Source of the DNA: Chiloscyllium plagiosum
Taxonomy: Eukaryota
NCBI RefSeq assembly: GCF_004010195.1
Contig: NC_057719.1
Span: 18,381,438 to 18,432,982 of the forward strand
Direction: 5' to 3'
DNA: 51,545 nt
In this document: piece by piece, positions 1 through 12,644 of the stretch
Position numbering within the stretch: position 1 is the first letter of the stretch
Layout of the letters: every line of letters begins with the position of its first letter
The notes under the pieces: model-generated
What the model saw: the letters and a program-made list of their open reading frames with translations, nothing else
Databases searched by the model: none
Told to the model about the DNA's origin: nothing
Translations under genes and position numbers: made by a program

Positions 1-600
1 TGCAGCTTCGTGAAACAAGATCTCCTTTCCACTGGCCAGCTACACATGCATTGCTGGGAGCTACCAACGTATCTGTCTCTGCTGCACTCTCCTCCCCACT
101 GGTTTCACACTCCCCTGTACCCTCCACCAACAACATTCTCTGCATCTTGCTGTTGCACTGCCCTCTCACCTCCTACAAGGAGAGAAAACAGAGGATAGTG
201 AGTGTCCGGAATGGTTGGTGGGGAAGGTACACGCACGAGAGGGCACAAAAATGAGGGTGGATGTGAAGGTTTGATGGAGATGTGAGATTCCTGGAAAATG
301 AAGCACAGGGAGTGTTAGAATAAGAGGTGCCATGCAGGAAATTGCTGGGAAAGTTAACATGTGGGATTTGGCTCCTCAAACTATTACACCAGTCAGTTTT
401 CCTGTCTTCCAGGATCCTCTCAGAGCACTGTTTGAGGGACCACCACTGACTTCCTCAGTCAATCCCATCTACACATTTTGGTTGAAGAGGTTGACCTTTT
501 CCTCCCACACTTGGTATACACCACTTCACTGCATCCCTCAGATCGTGCTGCAAGGACTCCACAGTATAGCAGCCTCTTGGCTGCTAAAACACAGATAGAT
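1..600 (-). mobile_element. Probable degenerate PIF/Harbinger transposon relic (Myb/SANT-like ORF with intron)
   Basis: The minus strand gives broken peptides GRKRSTSSTK (477-506) and EEVS (445-456). A strong acceptor CTCTGTTTTCTCTCCTTGTAG|G at 173/172 is followed by E.R..CNSKMQRM and a frameshifted GGG. This resembles the layout of Harbinger Myb-like proteins, but it is heavily decayed. Confidence 0.3.
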
Positions 601-1569
601 TGCCAACTTGGCCAAACAGCAAGGGATGCTGGATATATCGGCCAAGTAAATGCCTGATGTCTGGTTGGAGTTGTCTAACTTGTTTTAAGGGGGAACCAGA
701 CAACAACACATCCCAGGTCTCCTATATATTCCATTGGTTACTCAAGCCACAGAACTCAATGCACAGTTCAGCCATTCTCACTCATGTCATACCTTTCACT
801 AGAACTGACTTGACATATCTTCCTGGCTATCCTCTCTAGTTGGTTGTGAATTTCCTTGGATGGATATGCTGCAGGCTGAGTTAAAGGGTTTTGGCAAATC
901 ACTACCAACAGAACAGACAAGTTCCTGACCTGAAAGCAACCTCCATGGTCTGAATAGGTCCATTTTGATAAGATTTCATTCAGTAACTTAGCTGCACTTT
1001 CCACTCGCCGCCTGACCTACAGAGTGACTCATTCCAGCGTTTTCTGTTTCTTTAATTTTCAGGTCAGTGTTCTGCTCTCTTATCAGTGATTCAACAATTT
1101 CTTTTCTCCCTAATGAATATGATAGCAATACAATCAGAATTGAGAACCAATTGGATATTAAACCGTGACTGATCTTTATAACTGGAAATCTTGAGACTCT
1201 CTCGTATAGGAGCAAGGGAGAAGCATGGTGGTTCCATGTAAAGTATTTCTCCCATCCAATTAACACCAAACTGTCACTTGCTTTGTTTTAATTCCCAGTG
1301 TTGTAGCAAAAATTAGATCGTGTACCTGTTCCCTTCTGCCTCCGGAGATCCATTGAAACCAAACTTAGTATTTCCTCTGACTGAAGTTCAGCATAAGCTT
1401 GTGCAAAAAGATTTTGTTGTTTGACAGGTAACATCACTACTACTTTCACTCTTTCCATTCTAACCTCTGGTGCCTTTCTATATTTTATCAATATTGCCTA
1501 GGTTATGATATCTCTGAAACTCTTCTGAGGCTCCAAATACACCAGATGTTGTGTTATTGATCTTGCCAT

Positions 1570-1775
1570 TCAGGGGCAAGAGTTCATACTCCTGATGTAG
1601 CAAGGTGTCAAATTGAATTCAATAAGAATTCATGCTGTGCTAGCATGCGAACACTAACATGGATTGTTGTGAAAAACCAACTGTTTAATAATATCCTTCA
1701 GGAATAGTAACCAGCCACCCCATTGGCTTAACATTCAGGGACAGGAAATAAATGCTGCCTCACTGGTACTGCACC
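1570..1775 (+). mobile_element. Old copy of the tRNA-head/CR1-tail SINE (same family as 50045-50363)
   Basis: Shares the GATTGTTGTGAAAAACCAACTG...TCCTTCAGGAA block and the AATAAATGCTG tail with 50045-50363 and 23304-25872. Confidence 0.4.
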
Positions 1776-1962
1776 TAACTAAATGTTTTTATTTTCAGAA
1801 TGTCACTGTATATTTTCCTAGCTCTGCATCTGCACAATGTTGAAATCTATGGTCTTTGCATTACGGTCTTTGACTGATCCTTTCTTAGATTCCTAAAGCT
1901 ATAGAATCCTTTGCTTCCTTCAATTATTCCTCAAACCTTTCATGATCAGGCTCTCAAAACCC

Positions 1963-2296
1963 AAAAATAAAACAAAGTTCTGATGCTGAAGATCTGAAAC
2001 AAAAACAGAAATTGCTGGAGAAACTCAGCAGGTCTGGCAACATCTGTAGGAAGAAAGCAGAGAGCAAGAAAGAGACCGACCCTTTGAATATTTTTGTCTC
2101 TGTTTTTTCTGGGCTCCATCGCCACCTTTCCACTCATCTCTCCCTGTCCCAATTCTCCAACGTCTTCTTCAGCATAAACACCACTTTTTCCTCACTGCCA
2201 ACAGTTCTGATGAAGAGTCACCGGACTTGAAACTCTGCTTTCTTCCCACATACACTGCCAGACCTACTGAGTTTCTCCAGCACTTTCTGTTTTGTA
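1963..2296. mobile_element. Penelope-like pseudo-LTR inverted pair (family B) with degenerate hammerhead motif
   Basis: AAAACAGAAATTGCTGGAGAAACTCAGCAGGTCTGGCA (about 2002-2039) is inverted relative to TGCCAGACCTACTGAGTTTCTCCAGCACTTTCTGTTTT (about 2256-2293). CTGATGA-a-GAGTC-accg-GACTT-GAAA lies at 2207-2232. Confidence 0.7.
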
Positions 2297-2335
2297 TCAA
2301 AACTGAAGATCACTGTCACCTAGTTATGAGTAAAT

Positions 2336-2440
2336 TAAAGTTGCTGTGGTCTCAGAAGTCCATAGGTGGCTCTCTCATTAGAGATAGAGATAGAGAGAGA
2401 GAGATGTGACTGTTGTTGGTTTAATCTGAGGAACATATTT
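2336..2440 (-). mobile_element. 3' fragment of a SINE with (GA)n tract, same family as 43850-44062
   Basis: CCATAGGTGGCTCTCTCATTAGAGA...GACTGTTGTTGGTTTAATCTGAGG matches CCATTGGGCTGCCATCTCATTAGGGAGAGTTGACTGGTGGCGATTGAATCTGAAGG at about 43881. Confidence 0.45.
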
Positions 2441-3864
2441 ACTTTGATGGAAGATGAATCCCAACTTCTCTTCTCAACTTTAGCGTTGCCTTGCACTTCA
2501 GCCTTGACCTTTTTACCCTGGCTGTTAAAATAAATAACATATATATAGTACAAAGGTCACAGTGTGACAGTACAGGTGTGGTATTTTCATCTGGATTGTG
2601 ATTCAACCTTCCAGAGAAATGTAAATTTGTAAATGTGATGGAAAATAGACAGAGATCAATCCTGAACAATGGGGAGATCATTGGACTATAAAATAGAGTT
2701 TAAGATAACATTATGAAGTTGAAGTACCTTTTTACAAATGTTATTTATCTTCTCTATTCTTTATTCTTTCTTCTTTCAGCCAGTTGGCGATTACAAACCC
2801 TAGTTTGTAAGGAGTTCCTGTTTAATTCCCCATGGGTATTATGTAATGACAGTTTCAAAACAAAGTACTGTGACCTTCATGAGGGGGAGTATATTAATTA
2901 CTCAGGTTATGCTATTCCTGAGAAATAATCTCTACACAATTAAAAGGTGAATGATGTAGAAATATAACCAACGCGGATCTCTTTCACACATTAACCTTCT
3001 GAAGTGAGAAGTAGAATTTCAGAGTCATGTTAGCATTCGCTGCAACACCTTGTATTTATATAGCACCTTTCAGATAATACAAAGCTACTAATTGCTTCAG
3101 TAGATGTGTAATCAGAAAAGAATTAACACTGAGGGGATGGAAGAGGCAGATGTCCAAAATGATGGCTGAAAGTGAACATTTCATACAGGATCTTTGAAAT
3201 TTTGTACCATTTAGGACTTTGGATGTTAACTCAATGAGTGTATTCAAGTCTGAGGTCAATAGATTGTGAGACATAAAGAAACCATTGGATATGGGGTTAA
3301 AGCAGGAAGATAGTGTTGACATGGAAGGTGAAAGTACACAGGCCTGGCCTGTACTGTCAGAACTGGCAAACAATGCCTTTCTCAACAGAGCGATTAACAA
3401 GATGTTTATTAATTCTTTTTGGTTTCCATTAAAATTTGACTAACTGGAACATGAAATTTGGGAATAAAGTTACCCTAGCTGTATTCCCTTCATGCAGAGT
3501 GCAGACACCATTAGTATAACAGAGAGTGCAGCTGCTGTAACCATCAATGATAAATGACTACAGTCTTTTCCACTATTAAAACAGTTTGCCCGTTCCCAAA
3601 TATCTCTCCTGCTGCTACAACATACTGCTTACACTGTGTCTATAAAAGTAGGAATATTTGAATCAACTATTTAATAAAGTTATGAAGTAGGCCATTTAGT
3701 TTCACAACACCACTACACCAATAAGCTATCTGGTGGCCCTTCAGTTCATAAGGTAAACCGATGAGTATATTCAAGTCCGAGGTTATATAGTATATTGCTA
3801 TATTGAGCGCAACACCATTTCATTTTGAGAATAATCTGATTAATCTGAGACATTGACAAAGACA

Positions 3865-4002
3865 TGGATGCAATTTCCCCTGCTTTTCTTCTAACAGTGC
3901 CTGGAATTTTTTACACCTCTCTCAGTTAACACCACTTCTGATATTCCGACTTGGTACTGGAGTTTCAGATTGAATTATGTGTTCATCTCCCGGGAGTGGG
4001 AA
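3865..4002 (-). mobile_element. Old Deu-domain-type SINE relic (5' part)
   Basis: CCCCTGCTTTTCTTCTAACAGTGCC...GTACTGGAGTTTCAG resembles the copy at 18375-18902 and the reverse complement of 35345-36706. Confidence 0.35.
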
Positions 4003-4009
4003 ATTAAAT

Positions 4010-4205
4010 CATTTTTAATATATTCACTCACAAGATATGGGTGTTGCTGGCTAGCATTTATAGTCAGCCCCTAATTGCCCTCGAGAAGCTGGTGGTGCCT
4101 TTTGGAACTGCTGCAGTGATATACTGTAGGTAGACCCATAATGCCATTAGTGAGAGAATTTCAGTGACACCGAAGGAACAGCAATTTATTTCCAAACCTG
4201 GATAG
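4010..4205 (-). mobile_element. CR1-group LINE 3' tail
   Basis: GGGTGTTGCTGGCTAGCATTTAT...CCTAATTGCCCTCGAGAAGCTGGTGGTG...CTGCAGT is shared with 11915-12525. Confidence 0.65.
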
Positions 4206-4360
4206 AAATTTCACAATTGAAATGCAAAGCATACTATAATGGAAATTAAAATAATCTGTCGTGTTAAAAATAAAAGCCTCTAAGTTGTAAGACATGCGAA
4301 GTTCATGAAAAGACGAACTTGCAACTTTTTTTTCAAAGAGGGCTTTTAGTAGCCTGTTAG

Positions 4361-4658
4361 GGGAACGGCACGGTGGCTCAGTGGTTAGCACTACTTCCTC
4401 ACAGTGCCAGGGACCCAGGTTCAATTCCAGTCTTGGGTGGCTGTCTGTGTGGAGTTCACACATTCTCCCTGTGTCGGTATGGGTTAGCTCTGGTTTCCTC
4501 CCACAATCCAAAGATGTGCAGACCAGATGAATTGGCCGTGCTAAATTGCCCTTAGTGTTAGGCGCATTAGTCAGGGGGTGGGGGTTACTCTTCAGAGGGT
4601 CAGTGTAGACTTGTTAAGCTGAAGGGCCTGTTTCCACTCTGTAGGGAATCTAATCTAA
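4361..4658 (+). mobile_element. HE1-type V-SINE, full length
   Basis: tRNA-like head (box A TGGCTCAGTGG, box B GGTTCAATTCC), V-domain TGTCTGTGTGGAGTT..CATTCTCCC..GGTTTCCTCCCACAATCCAAAGATGTGCAG, and a CR1-like tail ending (AATCT)n. Confidence 0.92.
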
Positions 4659-6428
4659 AAAAAACTAATACTTTAATAACTTGAACCTAAAAAAATTAGT
4701 TGTTGGTTTTCAAATAACTATTCACATTACCTTGCAATACCAGATATGTGTAAACCAATAGACCTGCTCAGCACTAAAAAAATTATTTTACAAAAATACC
4801 ACTTCCAGAGGAAAAGCAAGGATTGGGAACAGGTCCCCTGGAGGAATGGGGTTGAAACATCAGGCATCAGAATCTGCATATTCTGCATTTACCCTCTCTG
4901 GTCTTGCGTGGACATGGTTTGAAATGAAAGAGTATAAAAAAAAGGTTAAAACACTTTTTTTTCAGTAATGAATATGATAAAATGAGTAATGCCCAGAGGT
5001 TCTGATGGATTTTCTAATCCCCGATTGCTATATTCAGTAATCAGCAGAATATAATTTTATGAGATGTTTTATGGCTAGAGACAGCTGTGTAGCATGAAAA
5101 GTTAAAAAAAGAGAGAATCAGAGCTGAATCTGTTAAAGTCTATTTATTATGGGAGATCTCTCCACATTTATTTCTACCATCTTGCAAACAAGTGGAAATT
5201 GTGCTTTTATTATTTTTAACTTAAAACGGCCCCAGAATATTTTGACTCTTTACGTCAGTGATTAACTTTCTCATTGATAAAAGAAAATCTTTACCAAAGC
5301 AAATTTACAGGGAGAAAAGCACACTGTATCTCCCAGTAACATGGTTGATTAAATGAGAATGAGAGAAAAAATATTTAAAGAGGAACATTTCACAGCTGGT
5401 GCCACCTAAAGGTAGAGATCCAATATTCAGCGGTAAAAGGAAAATTATAAATAAGAAAGAAAGCAGAAAACACTGGAAACGGACACCAGGCATGTCAGCA
5501 AAGAACTGAGAACAGATAGGCTAACATTTTGAGTGGAGTCCCTTCATCCGAATCATATGAAGATTTCTTCTCTGTTCAGTGTAGGTGTACCGAGAACCTG
5601 ATAATGAATAAAGTGCCTCATTAAGGAAAGCAGACACCATAACAGAAGATAACTGTTATTGACCTGTAGAGAATGAGACAATTCATCCGAATAAAGTATC
5701 AGTTTCAGTTGCATCAGGTGTTCCGCTTGTGAAGTATTGCTGTAAACACAAATTATTGATGAATTTACAAGAAGCAGTGACTGAATATGTGTTGAATTTT
5801 TTCTTGCTGCAAATCCACCTTTCAGTTATTGCTTGCAGTCCTGTCCGGGGTTGAGGTGTTTTATTTGACTGGGGTTTCTGATATAGTCAATTCACTTTGG
5901 TGACTACCTGGCTGGTGCCTGCTTCTCTGCTGAGCGCTGAAATCAAAAATCCACATCCGTTTCAGATCTTTGCCCATCTCTAAAGTTGCCCTGCTAAATG
6001 AATCACCTTTGGCTGCAAACAAATTTTTTTTTTTTGCCGAGCTTGCATTATTTGACCACACTTAAGATTGCTTTCTGTGTCATGCAAGATCTAGTATTAT
6101 TTATCAAACTGCCAACTTATTTCATTGTGAGAGGGAACAGTTCACATTCAAGGTGGTTTCCTGCCTTGCCATTCAAAGTTTCCCTGCATTTCTACACTGC
6201 TCCATTTACCTCTAAATTATCATGAGCCAATTTCCTTGGCAGTCCCCATCATTTCAGCCAACAAGTTATTTAATGCTCCACATATAGCGATGGAAATACT
6301 TAACATAGCTAAGAAATCATACACAGGACCTCCAGACTATAAGGAAAATGGGGCACATCCATTAAAAATCCCTTTGGAATACAAAGGGAAATCAAGTGAC
6401 ATATAATGATATGCCTACAGCTGTAATG

Positions 6429-6727
6429 AGGTGGCATGGTGGCACAGTGGTTAGCACATCTGCCTCACAGGACCAGGGACCCAGATCTAATTCTAGTCTT
6501 GGATAACTCTCTGTGTGGAGTTTGCACATTCTCCCTGTGTCTGTGTGGATTTCCATTGGATGCACCAGTTTCCTCCCAATGTCCAAAGGTGTGCAGGTTA
6601 GGTAAATAGGCCATGGTTACAGGGAGAGGGTGGTGGAGCTGCATGTGGGTGGAATGCTTTTTGGAGGGTCAGTGAAGACCCAATGGGCCAAATAGTCTCT
6701 TACCCCACTGGAGGCATTCTATGATTC
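6429..6727 (+). mobile_element. HE1-type V-SINE
   Basis: Head TGGCACAGTGGTTAGCAC, V-domain, tail ending ATTCTATGATTC. Confidence 0.88.
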
Positions 6728-9322
6728 GAGGCCATTGGAGACACTCATTGTCAGGCGTCACCTGAAAAAAGAATAGGACAGGTAGTTGGCCTTTGAAACC
6801 ATAAGGCACCAGACATTAGATGGCAACTGAACACATTGGCAAAGCATTCAGGGGGCTTGTAATGAAATGGGATGAGACAAGGCCTCCTGACGTTGCGTCA
6901 GATTGGAACTGATATGAGTAAAAGGTGAAAGGAAAGCTGCTCACCTACAGCAGAATGCACCCACACCCCCAAACCCTGAAATGTGAAGGTGTACTAACTT
7001 TCATTGCATTTCTCACCATGTGGACTGCACTGATTCAAAGAAAAGGCTGGCCATTACCCTCTCAAGGAGATCTAGGAACAGGTAATAAATGCCATGGAGC
7101 ATGTACATGTAGATTAAAGAAAGGCAAGGGACTGGGAGAAGAGACAATTTTATAGAAAACAGCACAATCACTTACATGTAAATTTATACCATGCAGGCCC
7201 GCGCTGACTAGGAAGTGGAAAAGGAAGGGAAATACTTGGCTTTATGACACCAGTGCTCTACTTCTAATGTACTTACTGGCATTTACTAATGGGTGGGTGC
7301 CTGATCCAAATGACAAGGGCACCAGATGAAGCTCCTAGGTGATCTTGTTAATGGGAAGGTGCCAATGTTACAACACTCCCACCTCATCAGAGATCCACTC
7401 CCCATTCCCCATTCCTCGCTCTACTGATTTATCCCACTTTCTCCAAAACACAAAACAACAGGCAGTCTAGTGGCATGGCTTCTTTTCAGTGGAGACTGCC
7501 TGTAGTCCCAGTAGTGGCCCCAGTAATGCAGAGGGATGCAAACTGTTAAGTGGGATGGGGGTACAGATATAGGATCAAGCCCACTGCCTCAACACAGCAA
7601 TTGCTCCCCATTGTTTTCATGGTATTTGAATGGTCTGCAATGCTCCCTTTAAGGACCACTGCTTGTACCACTCAATGTCAAGTGAAGTGGGCAGAGCTCA
7701 TGGAGTACATGCTATGACAATTGATATCCCAAGAGCATGTTGGTTCCATTCTGAAACAGTTTGTTTGTACATATAATGATGGCGCTGCCCATTTCCAACT
7801 CCACCCAAACAATATCTGGACAATAGCACAGACTGAGTAAAATTGACTAGCTTGAGATGGGAAAATATCAAAATACAGACAGGCTTTGACAGGGTCCACA
7901 ACATCAAAGAAAATTCCTATGGATCTTTCAGCAAAGGTGGTAAAATAAATGTCCTCTGCATTGCACATCACTGGTGAGGAAACTAAAAGGAGAACATGCT
8001 GTAGAATGTAATTTGTGCGAGGAGAATTTACTTTCTATCACCAACAGAGGCTCAGTAGCACCACCCCTGGCCAAATCAATTGACTACTCACAAACGCAGC
8101 TGCAAAAGTGGGCCTTCATTGAGCGGTGAGCAAACCAACAACAGGAAACTTGACCTCTTCATTACCAAACTATGTGTGGCAAACATAGCACTGATAGAAC
8201 TGACAACTGAACAATTCTAGGAAAGACAAAATCTGATCAGAATTAGATAGATATTCTCCTGATATATTTTGGCAGTGTCACTGCACAGTGACACAGACTA
8301 AGGATGAATTAACAACTACTAGCCACTGTGAGCCATCAGGAGAAGAGTATCACACCACAGTCTGAAAGTCTGGAACATTCCTCACGCCATCATCATGCCT
8401 TCCAGTTTCATGTTGTGTATAGAAGGACAGTAATTCTGGACATAACTAGGCATGCGACATCAAGCTCTTGAAGTCACGATACAGAGTTTGGTCTGAGCTT
8501 TTAATTTCTGAACATTAACTTCATTGTCATACAAAGTTTGTGATCTTCCATGAGCTCTTTATCTATATACACCATCTATCCGTCTTAAAATCATATTTCT
8601 AATCTTTTGAGTTAACCTTAGATACTAGTCTGTCTGTAAATGTAACCAATTGATTTGTTAAAAATGAAAACAAGTTGCTAACGCCTTAATTTTCACAGGA
8701 CAGGAAACCACGATATTAACCTCTGTGTATTTCTGCTCTTTTACCCAGGTTGTTTTCTTCTGATGAGTTTGGAGGACATTCTGCAGATTAACAAGTTTTA
8801 TGCAAGGGTATGGTAACATCAAAAACATTTAACTGTTAATCAAATATTACATGCAGCTCAGGGCAATCTAGTTATTGATGAAAGTATGGCTGAATTTAAA
8901 CTGGACATTTTAATGCTTTGTACTTCAATGATATTAAGTAAAAGGTTCTGTATCATCTGATTCCATGGGTTAATTCGCAGAATAAACGCAGTACAGATCA
9001 TAGATTAGATCCCTGAGCTCTGATGTTGAATTAGGTAAGCACTGGGAGATTGCTACAATTGTCCTTAAGATCACACATCAAGAAAAACTAAAATTGACAA
9101 GGCTGCTCAACTTGGATTGGTATCCATTAACCTGGAAGCACATGTAAGCATCAGAATGCAAAAGGAAGCATTGATAGGCAGAATAAAGAAAAATCCAAAG
9201 GGGATTTTTAAATATATAAAGTGCAAGTGAATAACTCAGGAAAAGGTAGGGCCCATAGGGACCATAGAGATAATTGGTGTGTTGATTGGGAAAATACGGG
9301 CATAGTCCTCAATGATTATTTT

Positions 9323-9494
9323 CATAGAATCTCTATGATGTGGAAGCAGGCCATTTGGTCCATCAAGTCCACATCAACCTTCTGAAGAGCAGCCCACTCA
9401 GAGCCAACCCCATTATTGTAACCCTGCATTCCCCACTTAGCCCACACATCCCTGGGCACTATGAGTAATTTACCATGACCAATCTATCTAACCT
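9323..9494 (-). mobile_element. HE1-type SINE, 3' half
   Basis: CATAGAATCTCTATGATGTGGAAGCAGGCCATTTGGTCCATCAAGTCCACA...AATTTACCATGACCAATCTATCTAACCT is the reverse complement of the HE1 3' part. Confidence 0.8.
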
Positions 9495-9533
9495 AGCTAT
9501 GCAGTTGGAGAGGGTTAATAAGGCAAGTAAATA

Positions 9534-9751
9534 CAGGTCATTCTGCTATAACGCACATTTTGTTAATGCGAATTCGCGATAACTCTATTAATGAATTGGG
9601 AACACTTTCTCTATAGCGTGAACTTTTAAAGTGTGCATTGGTTATAATACGATTCTGGCCCCATTCATTTAAATGGTGCGCTATTATGTGATTTTCTTAT
9701 AACACGGTGTTGCATGACAATGGAAATGCAGCATTATAGTAGAACTGACTG
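9534..9751. mobile_element. Tc1/mariner-superfamily (Tigger-type) MITE
   Basis: Terminal inverted repeats CAGGTCATTCTGCTATAACGC / GCATTATAGTAGAACTGACTG are flanked by TA (9532-9533, 9752-9753). Removing the element restores the CR1 reading KYSVNG. Confidence 0.8.
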
Positions 9752-10639
9752 TACTCTGTGAATGGTAGGACCTTGGAAAGTACTAACAATCAGAGGGAAT
9801 TTGGTGTGAATAAATGCAGATCCTTGAAGGTAGCAGGGCAGATAGATAAGGTGGTCAAGAAGGCAGGTGTGATACCTGCCCTTTTTAGCCAAGGCATAGA
9901 ATATAAGTGACCTTATGCTGGAACTGTATAAGATGCTTGTTGAGCCATAAGTTTTGATCACTACTTTATAGAAAAAGTGTGATTGTCCGAGAGAGGGTGA
10001 AGAGGAGATGGGCCAGGATGGTGGCTGAGCAGATGAGGAAAGCTTGGATGGCTGAGCTTATTTTCTTTGGAGCAGTGAAGATTGAGAGGAGACCTGATAG
10101 AGGTTTATACAAATATGAGGGACATAGATTTGGTGCATTGGCAGGACATTTTTTGTGAGTAAAATAGTCATTAACCAGAGGTCAAAGATTTCAGACAAGC
10201 AGTAGTAGGCAAAGAGGAGATTTGAGGAGAAATATTTTCACTCAGAAGGTGGTGGGAGTCTGAACTCAGTGCCTGCAAGGACTGGTGAATCAGAAACTCT
10301 CAGAACATTTCAGCAGTATTGAGATATTCATTTGTTGCCAAAGCCTCCTGGGATATTGACCAAAAACTGAGATTAAGTTAATCAGATATTTCTTGACCAT
10401 ACCAGACTCTGATGGGCTGAAAGGTCTCCTGCTATCCTGTAAATACCTATAAAAAGATGAGGACAGGATCATTTACAGCTATGATATCCCACAATAACGT
10501 ATCCACTGCCTATCATGTTTAATTGAGGTGTTTATGCTTGGCAGCACACATTTTATAAATCATCACTTCAATGATCAGAGGACGGACTGGCATCATGAAT
10601 CTGGCCCCTGCATCTATTACTGCAGAAATCGTAGGGTCA

Positions 10640-11720
10640 TAAACTGGTTGCAACACAGAAAGAGGCTATTCAGCCATTGCTCCATGCTGGTTATCTGCCA
10701 GAGCACCTTAGCTGGTCTCATTCTCTAGTTCTCTCCCCATAGCCATGAAAATCTTAAATCTGAAAGTACCCCGTACTTATTTAATTCCCTTTTAAAAGTC
10801 CTGCTTGTATCTGACTCCACCACACTTTCAGGTCATCTATCCTAGCTTCAAAACATCCATTGCAAAGAGAAAGCTTTTTCTCATAAACATAATGTATGGG
10901 AACAAAAGCAGTCCATTCAACCCATCAAGATCCCTCTGTCAGGCAGCGAGATTGTGGCTGATCTAATATCCCTCAACTCCAGATTCCTGCCTCTTCCCCA
11001 TAGCCATTGGTTTCCTGATTAAAAAATGTCTAACTCAGTCTTGAATGTACTCAATGCCCCAGCCTCCACAGCCCTCTACAGAAAAGAATTGTACTATCTT
11101 CTGAGAAAAGACACTACTCCTCATCTCAGTTTCAAGAGGATGACCCTTAATTTGAGAATATACATTCCAGTCCTAGACTGTTCCCTGAAGGTGAAATAAC
11201 CTTTCCACATCTACTCTGTAAAGCCCCCTAAGAATCTTATTTTTTTCAATCACCTGTCATTCTTCTAAACTCCAATGAGTACAGACCCAACTGACTCAAC
11301 CTGTACTCATAAGACATTCCCTCCATATCCACGATGAGCCTGTTGAACTGACACTGGACTTCTCCAATGCCAGCTTCTCTTTCCTTAGATAAGGGGCCCA
11401 AAACTGTTCATGCTATTTCAACTAAGTTACAGTTGATCCTTTTATAACCACTTTACATCTGCATCTTCGAGTACTTGATTCTACTATCCATGGGTACAAC
11501 TCTCTACCTAACCTATCTGGACGCTTTCTGATTTTGAGTACTTCTATCAAATTTCTAATACTTTTGTGAACTATAGAGAGCAACCTAGCTTCTTCAATCT
11601 ATCTACATAATGGAAATCACTTATTCGTAAAAACATGTGGTAAATCTTATCTGCATCACTTTGGTAGTCTTCACTTCCTTTCTAAAATAATGCACAAGTT
11701 TGGACACCATGCTTAATTTA
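10640..11720 (-). mobile_element. Stacked old CR1 3' fragments
   Basis: Several CR1 3'-end starts (CACAGAAAGAGGCTATTCAGCC; GGAACAAAAGCAGTCCATTCAACCC) followed by typical antisense ORF2 C-terminal sequence. Confidence 0.75.
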
Positions 11721-11914
11721 AAAGTTTTCTACTATTTAACTTGTATATAATTCAATTTTCTATCCTTTCTTTATCCTGCAAAATCTCCAAGTTTTTACTT
11801 TTGCCATAACAGCCACTGATGATATTTACAACATGTCAACAAGCAGTAGTCAGGAAGCGACAGTCTGGAGATTGCTTCTGATGATGCTGCTCACAAACAT
11901 AAGTGGGAATAACA

Positions 11915-12525
11915 CATATTTATGCAGTCTTGGGATGTGGGAATCGCTGGCTTGAAGGTGGTGGTGGTGAGCTGCCTTCTTGAACTACTGCAGTCCAGCT
12001 GCTGAGGGTTGACCCATAATGCCCTTAGAGAAGGGATTTCAGGATTCTGACCCAGCTACAGTAAAGGCACAGCGATATAGTTTCAAGTCAGAATGGTGAG
12101 TAGCATACAGGTGATGGTGTTCCCATACATTTAATGTCCTTGCCTTTTTCATGGAAGTGGTCGTGGTTTCGAAGATGCTGTCTGAGAATATCTGGTGAAT
12201 TTCTGCAATGCACCTTCTAGAAAGCACACACTGCATTGGGAGTGGAGAGGGTTTGTGGATGTGGTGCTAATCAAGCAGGCTGTTTTGTCCTGGATGATGG
12301 CAAGCTTCTTGAGTGTTGCTGGAGCTGCACCCATCCAGGCAAGTGGGGAGTATTCCATCACACTCCTGATTTGTGCCTTATAGATGGTGGACAGGCTTTG
12401 ATGAGTTAGGAGGTGAGCTGCTCACTGCAGTATTCCGAGCCTTTGACTTGCTCTTGTAGCCATTGTATTTATGTGGTGAATCCAGTAGAAAAAGTAAACC
12501 CCAGGATGTTGATAGCAGGGGATTC
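11915..12525 (-). mobile_element. CR1-group LINE 3' portion (same tail family as 23304-25872)
   Basis: The minus ORF MEYSPLAWMGAAPATLKKLAIIQDKTACLI is a LINE ORF2 C-terminal motif. Tail CCAGCGATTCCCACATCCCA. Confidence 0.8.
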
Positions 12526-12644
12526 AGTGATCCCCTGCTATCATGCCAGTTTCCTCTTGAAAGGATTGAATGGAATTTGTCACGCACCATCGTTTCTTTT
12601 AACATGATGAAGATAAATCACTCCTGGTAAGATAAATTAGAAGG

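Larger units (their letters stand above)
9165..10450 (+). mobile_element. CR1 LINE ORF2/3' remnant, interrupted by a SINE and a MITE
   Basis: Decayed CR1 peptides (RIKKNPKGFFKYIK; NKASKY|SVNGRTLESTNNQREFGV) and a CR1-type 3' end GATGGGCTGAAAGGTCTCCTGCTATCCTGTAAAT. Confidence 0.85.

Noticed and set aside
1040..1068. Recursive-splice-like motif TTTTCTGTTTCTTTAATTTTCAG|GTCAGT
   Set aside because: The pyrimidine tract is part of a decayed PLE pseudo-LTR arm (CTGACCTAC..TTCCAGCGTTTTCTGTTT), so a repeat origin explains it.
1288..1500. Minus-strand 67-aa ORF that looks exon-like
   Set aside because: Weak splice signals, no recognisable protein motif and no partner exons.
3234..3783. 23-nt direct repeat ATGAGT(G/A)TATTCAAGTC(T/C)GAGGT at 3234 and 3761
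   Set aside because: Only two copies, and the motif is a CR1 3'-region sequence. Not a CRISPR or regulatory array.
4361..4435. tRNA-like sequences (this and all other HE1 heads)
   Set aside because: They continue into the V-domain and LINE tail and lack an intact cloverleaf. These are SINE heads, not tRNA genes.
7680..8450. Possible very old retroelement remnants (GIY-YIG-like WENIKI..QRKFL and endonuclease-like LDLFITKL)
   Set aside because: Too decayed to assign by eye.
8749..8812. + strand exon candidate (good acceptor, donors after 8807 or 8812; CFLLMSLEDILQINKFYAR)
   Set aside because: Not frame-preserving, peptide not recognised, and compatible with a chance pseudo-exon. Worth revisiting only with RNA-seq.
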